From: an uncultured Chlorobiota bacterium
GTDB lineage: Bacteria; Bacteroidota; Bacteroidia; Bacteroidales; JAADGE01
Length of the DNA stretch: 64,000 bases
NCBI GenBank assembly: GCA_947311255.1
Contig: CAMZKL010000022.1
Coordinates: 80,225-144,224, forward strand
Direction: 5' to 3'
Under the pieces are notes generated by a model. The model was not told the origin of the DNA. It did no database searches and saw only the letters and a list, made by a program, of their open reading frames with translations. A program made the translations under genes and the position numbers. Below, piece after piece: positions 20,637 to 31,076 of the stretch; position 1 is the stretch's first letter; each line of letters begins with the position of its first letter.

Positions 20637-20800
20637 ATTTCTAGATTTGTCTAAATAATTGATGTTAAATAAGTTATTTGTGTATTTATATTAATTTTGT
20701 TATTCGGCAAATAGGAATACTTGTTATGTTCTGCAAGAAATCAATGTGCTAGATTATAGTTCTGCCATTGGGAATCAAAATTTCTTTTATAGTGTTTCAT
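20637..20800 (-). promoter_or_regulatory. conserved leader cassette, copy C (upstream of the OmpA-family gene)
   Basis: Core 20707-20800 (minus strand) begins ATGAAACAC and ends TTCCTATTTGC. The flank down to ATG 20636 also aligns with copy A (TTCTAG.ATTTGT..TAATTGAT.TT.AATAAGTT). Confidence 0.7.
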
Positions 20801-20832
20801 AAGCATATTTTTTAGTTTTGTTAGAACTATGT

Positions 20833-21819
20833 TTAACTATTTTTCAGATACACTTTTGCAGTTTTAACAATTGAATTGTCAAAAGTTCTTACCCTTAACA
20901 AATATATTCCTGCTGCTACCCCTGACACGTTTATTATTATGTTATTAGTTAAATAAACATTTTTTAAAATAGATTTTCCTGAAATATCAACAAGTTCACA
21001 GATTAAAGGTGTTCTTTGATCTTCATCAAAAAATATTTTTATAGTATTATTGTCAACAATGGGCTTTAATACTTTTTCTTTTTCTTCTGGTTTTATGTTA
21101 TTTTTGCTAATCCTAAAATTTATTCTTTGGCTTTCAGAATTGTCTTTAACATTAACTTCATATTCATGTGTTTTCACACCTGTAATTTCAGGATGAATGT
21201 AATATTTTCCTTCCGAAAGATATTCAAAATTATAAGTTCCGTCAATTTCATTTGCTATTCTAAAATCCATTGGAACTTTATCTTTGTTAAGCAATAGTAT
21301 AGGAACAGGAATGTTTACAGTACTACTATAGCCTTGATTGAAAAATAATTTGCCTGAAATTGAACAATGCCCGTAAAATGGTTCGCTATAAGAGTATAGG
21401 CTTATATTTATATTTTCTATATTCTTATTGAAAACATTCTCACTTGCTTCTTCCCAAAGATAGGCTCCTCCAGAATATGTAGGTAAGTATTTTGGATAAT
21501 ATAAAAAATCGAAATCTAATTCCGGTATTACATATAATGAGTATTTTCCAAATTCTAAATCTTTGAACTTAAAATTTCCATCTTCCACAATACAACTAAT
21601 TTCCGAAGAGTATGACTTTTTAGAATTTGATATTAAATAAACTTTTCCATTTTGTAATAACTTTTCTCCATAAAATACATTTCCTGAAAAAGTATTATAA
21701 TTTTCGTTATTTTGCACATTTGTTTCATTAGCAACAATATGAGAATACATTTGCCCATAGCTTAATATTTCCGAAAATACTAGAGTTATTAGTACTATTA
21801 TTTTGAACAAAGTTTGCAT
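20833..21819 (-). CDS. T9SS type A sorting domain-containing protein
   Basis: Signal peptide. The C-terminal ~75 aa (ICELVDISGKSILKN...AAGIYLLRVRT...KVYLKNS) fits the Por/T9SS type A CTD pattern. Confidence 0.75.
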   Translation of the reverse strand: MQTLFKIIVLITLVFSEILSYGQMYSHIVANETNVQNNENYNTFSGNVFYGEKLLQNGKVYLISNSKKSYSSEISCIVEDGNFKFKDLEFGKYSLYVIPELDFDFLYYPKYLPTYSGGAYLWEEASENVFNKNIENINISLYSYSEPFYGHCSISGKLFFNQGYSSTVNIPVPILLLNKDKVPMDFRIANEIDGTYNFEYLSEGKYYIHPEITGVKTHEYEVNVKDNSESQRINFRISKNNIKPEEKEKVLKPIVDNNTIKIFFDEDQRTPLICELVDISGKSILKNVYLTNNIIINVSGVAAGIYLLRVRTFDNSIVKTAKVYLKNS

Positions 21820-21846
21820 ATTTTAAAATATTGAGTATTTTACAGC

Positions 21847-23001
21847 TTAATTATTAAAATATAATTTATATCTTATTCCAAAGTTTAATCCAAAAGTATT
21901 AAATTGTGAAGTTATTGGATAATCTTTAAAAATAGAATGGATATTTCTTCTGAAATAAGCTGATGTAAAAAAATCAAATCTTGTAGATAAAAAATAGTTA
22001 AATTTAACACCTCCGTATAGTGATATATTTACACCAGCAAATCTTGATTCTTTTTTTAAAGATTCACTTTGATTAATATTAGCCAAAGATACAATTTTTC
22101 CTTTAGAATTTACAAAAAAACTTGTAATAATTCCAAATTGAGGTGAAAAAGTAAAATTAGGATGATAAAAATTATAGCTTAAGACAATAGGTATTTCAAT
22201 ATATGAATATGTATTTAATGATTTATCATTAAATTTATAAAAAGTTGTATCTATTTTATGAACAAGGTTTGAGTCTAATTTTGAAACATAGTTTGTATCA
22301 TAATATGTATAGTAAACAATTTCTGGAAGAGCATCAATATCTTGAATAAGAACTGTATCAATTCTCATTTCAGTTGTTGTAAAATATCTATATGTTAAAA
22401 TTGTATCAGTTTTATAGTCTGTTGCCAAAAAATTAAAATTTTCTCTGAATTTTGTATAGTATAATCCTGAGCTATAAGTAATTCTTGGTTTATGAAAATT
22501 TATGCCTAAACCAAAAGACCCACTTAAATCTTCTTGTACAGACTTTTTATTATTTAATGATATTTCTTTGTAAATATAATTAGATTTAAAGCTGTGAGAA
22601 AAATACATTGGAGAAAAAGACAGGTCAAATGAAAACATATATTTACCTATTGGAAGAGGGTTTTTATTTTTAACAGATAAAAAATTAAACTTAGTGTCTT
22701 TTAATGCCAACTTTTCAATTTTCAACTTTTTAATAAAGATTTTCTTGGAATCTTTTATTTTTTTTGATAAAAATACAGTATCATAAACAAATGTTGTATC
22801 ATAATAATAAACTGTATCATAAACATAAATAGTATCTTCTGTTTTAGGCGGTTTGTTATAAAACTTTTGTGTTTCTTTGGGTTTAAAACTACTAATAAAA
22901 ATAAAACCTGATACCAAAAACAAAAATACCGATACATTTACAGCAATATATCGGCAGTTATTTTTTTCCTTTTTAATTTTTTGTTTTAAGAAAGACAACA
23001 T
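21847..23001 (-). CDS. membrane-anchored putative outer-membrane beta-barrel protein with (V/I)YDT repeats
   Basis: N-terminal TM segment, then DTIYVYDTVYYYDTTFVYDTVF. The C-terminal half has alternating aromatic/polar strands and ends in ...GIRYKLYFNN. No named family. Confidence 0.5.
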   Translation of the reverse strand: MLSFLKQKIKKEKNNCRYIAVNVSVFLFLVSGFIFISSFKPKETQKFYNKPPKTEDTIYVYDTVYYYDTTFVYDTVFLSKKIKDSKKIFIKKLKIEKLALKDTKFNFLSVKNKNPLPIGKYMFSFDLSFSPMYFSHSFKSNYIYKEISLNNKKSVQEDLSGSFGLGINFHKPRITYSSGLYYTKFRENFNFLATDYKTDTILTYRYFTTTEMRIDTVLIQDIDALPEIVYYTYYDTNYVSKLDSNLVHKIDTTFYKFNDKSLNTYSYIEIPIVLSYNFYHPNFTFSPQFGIITSFFVNSKGKIVSLANINQSESLKKESRFAGVNISLYGGVKFNYFLSTRFDFFTSAYFRRNIHSIFKDYPITSQFNTFGLNFGIRYKLYFNN

Positions 23002-23043
23002 CTTCTTAATTTTTTCGTAATTATTTCTTATAGCAACGTTGTT

Positions 23044-23535
23044 TTAATCTGAAATAGTATCCATAATAATTTCTTTTTTGATTTTAACTTCTTTGCGAAC
23101 AGGAACTTTAATTTTAATAATCACATCTTTATTTTCAGATTTTTTAATTGAACTTGTGCTATCCTTCAAAGATTTATTATTGGAAACATTTTCATTTTCA
23201 ATTAATTTGTCTTTAATTTCTTTAACACCTTTGTTCTGAGTACCTGTTTTAGTTTCTATTTGTTCTATTTTGTTTGTTGGTTTTATTATATCTTTTTCAG
23301 TCTCTGAGTTATTATATAATATTATTCCTGTTGCTAAAACAGACAAACTTATTACAGTTATTGCAGCGTTTTTAACAGTAACTATATTTCTGGCAGAAGA
23401 CAACAAACTACTGCTTGGACGTAAGTTTCCAGAAAACTTTGAGCTAAAAACAGTCCATTGTACTTCGGGATTTTTTTTAAAATTACTTAGCTTATCTTCC
23501 ACCAGTTTATCAATATATTCAATATCTTTTTCCAT
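23044..23535 (-). CDS. putative anti-sigma factor (single-pass membrane protein)
   Basis: 163 aa with one TM (AAITVISLSVLATGIILY). Lies 5 nt downstream of the ECF sigma gene. The call rests on position only. Confidence 0.4.
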   Translation of the reverse strand: MEKDIEYIDKLVEDKLSNFKKNPEVQWTVFSSKFSGNLRPSSSLLSSARNIVTVKNAAITVISLSVLATGIILYNNSETEKDIIKPTNKIEQIETKTGTQNKGVKEIKDKLIENENVSNNKSLKDSTSSIKKSENKDVIIKIKVPVRKEVKIKKEIIMDTISD

Positions 23536-23540
23536 TTAAT

Positions 23541-24134
23541 CTATTTCTTTGTTTTAAGTTTTGTTAATGCTATTTTATATAGTATTTTTTCTAATTTTTT
23601 TCTTGCTCTCATTAATTGAGATTTTGAAGTCCCAATACTTATTTTTAATTCTTTTGCAATTTCTTTATGTTTAAATCCGTCAATAACATATAAATTAAAA
23701 ACAGTTCTAAATCCACTTGGCAAATTTGAAACTGCTTCTAAAATATCATCTTGTGATAGGTTTGCATTTTCAATAATTGACTTTGGGTTTTTAAGGTCTA
23801 AATATTTATTTTCTTCTTCATTGTCATAAAATGATTTTATATTTTCTATTTCATCCGATACAATTTCTTTTTTGTTTGTTCTTAACTGCATCAATGCAGT
23901 ATTAATTGTAATTCTTTTTATCCAACCCTCAAAAGAACCTTTTCCTTTATACTGTTTTATTTTAGTAAAAATAGTTAAAAATGAATCTTGAAGTACGTCT
24001 TCAGCTTTCACTTTATTTTTCATAAATCTTAAACATATACCAAATAGAACAGAAGAATATTTATTAAAAATATATTCCTGAGCCTTTTCGTCTCCTTTTT
24101 TACACTGTCTTATTATCTTATTGCTGACAGACAT
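23541..24134 (-). CDS. ECF-type RNA polymerase sigma-70 family factor
   Basis: Region 2 (DVLQDSFLTIFTKIKQYKGKGSFEGWIKRITINTA) and region 4 HTH (FKHKEIAKELKISIGTSKSQLMRARKKL). Start moved to ATG 24134 (MSVSNKII). Confidence 0.88.
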   Translation of the reverse strand: MSVSNKIIRQCKKGDEKAQEYIFNKYSSVLFGICLRFMKNKVKAEDVLQDSFLTIFTKIKQYKGKGSFEGWIKRITINTALMQLRTNKKEIVSDEIENIKSFYDNEEENKYLDLKNPKSIIENANLSQDDILEAVSNLPSGFRTVFNLYVIDGFKHKEIAKELKISIGTSKSQLMRARKKLEKILYKIALTKLKTKK

Positions 24135-24181
24135 TGGTTGTATTTTATAGATGCAACACAAAATAAGGGTTGCAATTTTTA

Positions 24182-24766
24182 TTAAATAATTTTATGAAAA
24201 GTTAAAAATATAACTTTAAAGTATGTTTTAAGATGATAATTGTTAATAAATTTCATATTCAATTCTATCTTTTTTTTCATTATCTCTTCAACATAAATCT
24301 TTTCTGGGTTTTCTGCTTTTGCTAAAATTTCATTTTCATTTACAAATTCTATTGAAGCATAATCAGTTATCCCCGGTTTTATTGAAAAAACTTTTTTTTG
24401 GTCTTCTGTATATAAATCTACAAACTTTTTAACCTCAGGTCTTGGACCTACCATACTCATGTGTCCAATTAAAACATTAAAAAGTTGCAAACTTTCATCA
24501 ATTTTATACTTTCGTAGATAATATCCAATTTTTGTTATTCTATTATCTTTTTCGCCTACTGTTAACAAACCTTTTTTGTCAGAATCCTGTTTCATTGTTC
24601 TGAATTTTAACAAATTAAACTCAACACCATTCTTTCCTACCCTTTTTTGCTTATAAAAAATTCCGCCTTTACTATCGAATATAATTAAGCAAGAAATTAT
24701 TAAAAAAAACGGGGATAAAAAAATAATTCCGATAATTGATAACAAAAAATCAAAAAATCTAATCAT
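24182..24766 (-). CDS. polyprenyl-phosphate sugar-phosphate transferase (bacterial sugar transferase family, WbaP/WcaJ C-terminal type)
   Basis: 194 aa with one TM. KFRTM, MSMVGPRPE and PGITDYASI motifs. Confidence 0.88.
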   Translation of the reverse strand: MIRFFDFLLSIIGIIFLSPFFLIISCLIIFDSKGGIFYKQKRVGKNGVEFNLLKFRTMKQDSDKKGLLTVGEKDNRITKIGYYLRKYKIDESLQLFNVLIGHMSMVGPRPEVKKFVDLYTEDQKKVFSIKPGITDYASIEFVNENEILAKAENPEKIYVEEIMKKKIELNMKFINNYHLKTYFKVIFLTFHKII

Positions 24767-24777
24767 TTTGCGAAAAT

Positions 24778-24812
24778 AAAAAAACTTCTCATTTTATTTA
24801 TGAAAAGTTTTC
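24778..24812 (-). terminator. probable terminator after groEL
   Basis: Minus strand has AAACTTTTCAT / ATGAGAAGTTT arms (one mismatch) followed by a T-run, about 20 nt after the stop. Confidence 0.5.
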
Positions 24813-24833
24813 TTATTTATTTTAGTTTATGTA

Positions 24834-26492
<1,659 letters not shown>

Positions 26493-26672
26493 TTATTAAA
26501 TTTTTTTAATTTTCAGTTTTGAATTTTACATATTTTATGCCAAAGGGTATTTGATATTAGTTGGGCGTTTTTGTATGACGAATATTCAGTTAAAAATAGA
26601 TTGCTTAGAATTGATTAGGATTTAGTTTGTCATATTTGTGACATTTCGGCATAAATAAAATAATCTTATAAA

Positions 26673-27557
26673 TTAAATTCTACACTTTGTAGTTTTAATG
26701 AACTTTATTATATTTTCTAATTTCTTTAAATTTATAATATCTGTTGAATCTCTCGGTTCGCCGTCAATATGATATTTTGTAAAAGAAGTTTTTATTGTTA
26801 AATCGTTTTTTAGTTTCATGTATGTAATATATTTAGAACTTTTCAGTTTCCCTGTCATCATTCTAATAAGAAAAAAAGGATAGATAAAAACGGGAAAAGG
26901 TTTTATTAAAACTAAATCGTAAAATCCATTGTTTGGTTTTGCAAAAGGAGCTATGTATGCATTATTGCCAAATTGTTTGGTATTTGCAACAATTATCATA
27001 TTAAATTTTCCACTTATTGTTTTGTCTGCGAAATTCAATTCTGCCACAATCGGTTTATATTGAAATATTGATTTTGTAATTGACCTAATGTAATTTCTTA
27101 AACCCCTTTTCTTTCTTCTTGCAAAATCGTGAGCAACATAGCTGTCAAATCCTAATCCGAATAAGTTTATAAATTTCTCTCCATTTGCTTGCAAAACATC
27201 AATTTCAATAATTTCATCTTTTACGATATCATCAATAAGTGATTTTATATTTTTTTTAAAGCCTAATTCCCTCGCAAAACCGTTTCCTGAGCCTGTCGGA
27301 ATTATTGCAAGTTTATTTTCGGGATAGTTGTAAAATATATCAACTGCACTATTTACAGTTCCGTCACCTCCAACAATCACAAATACTTTATATTTTTTAT
27401 TATTTTCTGAAACAAAGTTTTTAAAATCTTTTTCAGATTTAGTTATGAAGTAAGACAATTCATTCTCAAACTTTTTTATTTGTTTTAAGATAGAAGATAT
27501 TTTCTTTTTCCCGGAATTTGGATTGATAATAAATATTATGTCCTTAAGGCTTGTCAT
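26673..27557 (-). CDS. diacylglycerol/lipid kinase family protein (YegS/BmrU-like)
   Basis: IINPNSGKKK and GGDGTVN motifs of the DAGK catalytic domain. Start set at ATG 27557 (MTSLKDIIFIINP). Confidence 0.8.
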   Translation of the reverse strand: MTSLKDIIFIINPNSGKKKISSILKQIKKFENELSYFITKSEKDFKNFVSENNKKYKVFVIVGGDGTVNSAVDIFYNYPENKLAIIPTGSGNGFARELGFKKNIKSLIDDIVKDEIIEIDVLQANGEKFINLFGLGFDSYVAHDFARRKKRGLRNYIRSITKSIFQYKPIVAELNFADKTISGKFNMIIVANTKQFGNNAYIAPFAKPNNGFYDLVLIKPFPVFIYPFFLIRMMTGKLKSSKYITYMKLKNDLTIKTSFTKYHIDGEPRDSTDIINLKKLENIIKFIKTTKCRI

Positions 27558-27915
27558 ATTACATATTTTACCATATAATGGCATATAAAACTGATTGCAA
27601 ATATATATTTTTACAAATTAAAATTGTTGTATTATTAAATTATTGCATTGTTACATTATTATATTTATTATTTGTTTAGGTTAAAACTCAGCAAACTGTT
27701 AGCAATTTAACTAACATTATTATGCTTGTATGAGAAAGTTTAATAAAATTCAAGGTTTACAGATTTAAAATACTTATTAATAGAAAAAGAAAAAACTTAT
27801 AAATAATATGGATAAAATACATCTTAATAAGAATACATCTTATTAATAAATCTGCATATAAAAATACCTTGTTATCAAACATCCTTATTTTTTTTGTATA
27901 ATGAATGAAAAAAAT

Positions 27916-27923
27916 TACTTTTG
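27916..27923 (+). promoter_or_regulatory. -7 box TACTTTTG for sucD
   Basis: Exact TAnnTTTG match 37 nt upstream of ATG 27960. Confidence 0.45.
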
Positions 27924-27959
27924 GCATTCGATTTAAAACAAATATTAAACTATCTATAA

Positions 27960-28829
27960 ATGAGCGTATTAGTAAATAAAGATTCAAAAGTTATAGTTCA
28001 GGGCTTTACTGGAAGTGAAGGAACATTTCATGCAACTCAAATGATTGAGTATGGAACAAATGTAGTAGGTGGAGTTACTCCTGGCAAAGGCGGACAATTC
28101 AGATTAGACAAACCAATTTTTAATACTGTTGAAGATGCAGTTAAAGAAACGGGTGCCAATGTTTCAATTATTTTTGTTCCTCCGGCATTTGCAGCTGATG
28201 CAATTATGGAAGCTGCCAATGCAGGAATTAAAGTTATTGTTGCAATAACTGAAGGTATTCCTACCTCCGACATGGTAAAAGTAAAGGAATATTTATCGGA
28301 TAAAGATAGTACTTTAATTGGACCTAATTGCCCGGGAGTTATCACTGCAGATGAAGCAAAAGTTGGAATTATGCCAGGGTTTATTTTTAAGAAAGGCTCT
28401 GTAGGAATTGTTTCGAAATCAGGAACTTTGACTTATGAAGCTGTTGACCAAATTACAAAAGTTGGATTAGGGCAAACAACTGCAATTGGTATTGGAGGAG
28501 ACCCAATTATTGGAACGTCAACACTTGATGCAATAAAACTTTTTGAAGCAGATCCTGAAACAAAAGGAATAGTTATGATTGGTGAAATAGGCGGAAATAT
28601 GGAAGCAGAAGCTGCCGAATGGATTAAAGCTAACGGAACAAAACCAGTTGTTGGATTTATTGCAGGTGAAACTGCACCAAAAGGAAAAAGAATGGGGCAT
28701 GCAGGTGCAATAATTGGAGGAAAAGCAGATACTGCCCAAGCTAAAAAACAAATTTTAAAAGAATGTGGAGTTCATGTTGTTGATTCTCCGGCAGACTTAG
28801 GAACAAAAATGGCTGAACTTTTAAAATAA
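27960..28829 (+). CDS. sucD: succinate--CoA ligase subunit alpha
   Basis: 289 aa. [21 protein letters not shown] and the phosphohistidine loop MGHAGAII. Confidence 0.95.
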   Translation: MSVLVNKDSKVIVQGFTGSEGTFHATQMIEYGTNVVGGVTPGKGGQFRLDKPIFNTVEDAVKETGANVSIIFVPPAFAADAIMEAANAGIKVIVAITEGIPTSDMVKVKEYLSDKDSTLIGPNCPGVITADEAKVGIMPGFIFKKGSVGIVSKSGTLTYEAVDQITKVGLGQTTAIGIGGDPIIGTSTLDAIKLFEADPETKGIVMIGEIGGNMEAEAAEWIKANGTKPVVGFIAGETAPKGKRMGHAGAIIGGKADTAQAKKQILKECGVHVVDSPADLGTKMAELLK

Positions 28830-28850
28830 AAATTTATATAATATTTTTTA

Positions 28851-28883
28851 AAAGACGCTCATATTGGGGCGTCTTTTTTTTTT
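28851..28883 (+). terminator. rho-independent terminator after sucD
   Basis: AGACGC ... GCGTCT hairpin (28853-28874) followed by about 10 T residues. Confidence 0.8.
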
Positions 28884-29169
28884 GAACCTTCTTCCCAAAA
28901 TATGAATATAATATCATAAAATGTCTAGGTTGAGAGTATTGTAAATATCTGAAAATATCACAATCCTGTTAATTAAATAACTAATCCTCACTGACTCTTA
29001 AATATAAATACTTTAAATCTGACAGTTAAATCCTTATACAGTAAAAAAAAACAAATAGCTGGCATACGACTTCTCTAAATAAGTATAAACTAGGTAATCT
29101 TTATTAATATAGTTGCATCCTGAATTGCAGATTTAAGCAAATAAAAAACTTTTTAGAGTGAGCTAAATA

Positions 29170-30855
29170 TCATTCCTCTATCTCAGAAATTTTTAACAAA
29201 CTTTCCTTAATTTCATTCCTTTCCGGAACCGTAGATATTTCTTTTGTAAGAGCAATTTCATAATAATGCTTTGCATCTTTATATCTTTCTTTTGAAAAAT
29301 AGTAATCTCCTACAATCTGAAAAGTGTGAAAGTATTCCGAGTTTGAATTTATAAAAAACTTTATTTCATCATCAGAAACTGTATTATTTTTTTCTTTTGA
29401 GGCTTTCTTTATGGTTTCTTTATTTTTCTTGAAATATTTAAAATTTTCATATTCAATAGTATATAAAAAAGTATCAGCTGGAATTATAAATTCTTTTTCA
29501 TAAATTTCATTATCATCTGTCATAGCAGGAAAATTTGCAAAAACACTATCTAAATTATAACAAACATATTTACCAAGTTGATATGGATTTGTTGAAACCC
29601 AAAATTTCAATTTATCTGGTTTAAAAATTATTGAATGATGAGAAATTAATTGACAAATACTTTTTTCATTTCCAAACCCCACATTTTTATCATTTAAACC
29701 TTTTTTATTTCTAAGAATTTTGGCAACTTTTTTATAATTTATTGTATCGTATTTGGCAATTAATTCCTGCATTCTTTCATATCGATACATTGACGAACTC
29801 TCCCTAATATTCTCAAGATTTAAGTCCGTATTTTTAAATTCTTCAGATTGAAAATGGTTAGGACCTATAATAACATCTGTATTTGGATTAAAAAGTTGGC
29901 AATCATCCGGTGTAATTTCAATTATTGCAGTTGCATCATCTTTTGCAGAACCAATCATAATAGCTTCGGCAACAAATGCTTTACGTTTTTTTGCAATTTT
30001 AAAAGCCTCATCAATATTCGAAGAATATTGCAATATTTCTCTTGCAATAAGAGAAATTGGATCAGCCGAAGAAGTAGGCATTTCTGATTTTGCAGCGTTT
30101 AAAGTTACAGTTAACCCTTTCATATTCATTCCCGAAGTTACTCCATGAAATCCTCCCCAGGTTATCATTACAAACTTATACCCTTCGCTAGGATTATAAA
30201 AAGATACAATTTTATCTTCGGCAAATTTATCTCCTACATAAAAGTCGAAATTTCTGCCTAAAAGCAAATGTCCGTCTTTGGTTTTGCTATGGTTTACTGA
30301 AAAGGATGTACAACCAACTTTTGTTATGTTTTGCATGGCATGACCAATGTCGTGTGCACCATGATAATTTAAAATTCGCTGATAATTTTCGCCTATAAAT
30401 TCATATTCTTTTGACGCAGAAAAAGATTCGCCATAAATTTCTTTCAGATATTCATTTGGAATATATTCGTCCATATTACGGTTAAACCAAGCAGTTAAAT
30501 ATTTTAAATAATTTAAAAACGTTTGAGACGGAATCATTTTTCTGATTTCTTCTACAAAAGCATCTTCTTGTTTTTTGCTCAGTTCTTTTGTAAGTTTTCC
30601 ATGAAAAACGCCTCTTTCGTAGGGTTTTCCTTCAATATAAAGTTCGTATAAACCACTTTCGCTTTTTCGAAGTCTGTTGTTCTTTATTCCATAAAAATTT
30701 TTGCCTAATGTCTCTCTTTCAATTTTTTTAAAAGAAACATCTGTTACTTCCGGTGGAGACATTTTTACAGCTATAAAAAAGTAAATTACAAATAATACCA
30801 CAAGAACTATCAGTGATAATAAAAAGTATTTTAATAATTTAAATATTTTCTTCAT
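29170..30855 (-). CDS. C45-family (Ntn hydrolase, acyl-CoA:6-APA acyltransferase-like) protein with N-terminal TM anchor and C-terminal TPR-like tail
   Basis: VGCTSFSV...DGHLLLGRNFDF fits the nucleophile-Cys region of C45/choloylglycine-type Ntn hydrolases. Start set at ATG 30855 (MKKIFKLLKYF). Confidence 0.65.
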   Translation of the reverse strand: MKKIFKLLKYFLLSLIVLVVLFVIYFFIAVKMSPPEVTDVSFKKIERETLGKNFYGIKNNRLRKSESGLYELYIEGKPYERGVFHGKLTKELSKKQEDAFVEEIRKMIPSQTFLNYLKYLTAWFNRNMDEYIPNEYLKEIYGESFSASKEYEFIGENYQRILNYHGAHDIGHAMQNITKVGCTSFSVNHSKTKDGHLLLGRNFDFYVGDKFAEDKIVSFYNPSEGYKFVMITWGGFHGVTSGMNMKGLTVTLNAAKSEMPTSSADPISLIAREILQYSSNIDEAFKIAKKRKAFVAEAIMIGSAKDDATAIIEITPDDCQLFNPNTDVIIGPNHFQSEEFKNTDLNLENIRESSSMYRYERMQELIAKYDTINYKKVAKILRNKKGLNDKNVGFGNEKSICQLISHHSIIFKPDKLKFWVSTNPYQLGKYVCYNLDSVFANFPAMTDDNEIYEKEFIIPADTFLYTIEYENFKYFKKNKETIKKASKEKNNTVSDDEIKFFINSNSEYFHTFQIVGDYYFSKERYKDAKHYYEIALTKEISTVPERNEIKESLLKISEIEE

Positions 30856-31076
30856 TATTTTATTTTTTAATATATTCACTATAAATAAGATAGCCATACT
30901 TAAAAAAGGTTTCACAAAAAGCACTATAGAAATACAAAGTTTCGCAAAGAAAACTTAATTAAATATTATTATTTAAAAATCTAATTTTATATACATCAAT
31001 TTATCACCATTTTTTTTCAATCTCATTCATTCAAAATTAGGAAACTTCCAAAAAAAAATATTAATTTGCACTTGAA

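Noticed and set aside
27757-27987. 76-aa minus-strand ORF
   Set aside because: It overlaps the sucD start and its -7 box. Its Ile/Leu/Phe/Tyr-rich composition is typical of random AT-rich frames.
27960-28829. sucD without an adjacent sucC as an anomaly
   Set aside because: To my knowledge, separation of sucC and sucD is common in Bacteroidota. sucD here also has its own consensus promoter box and terminator.
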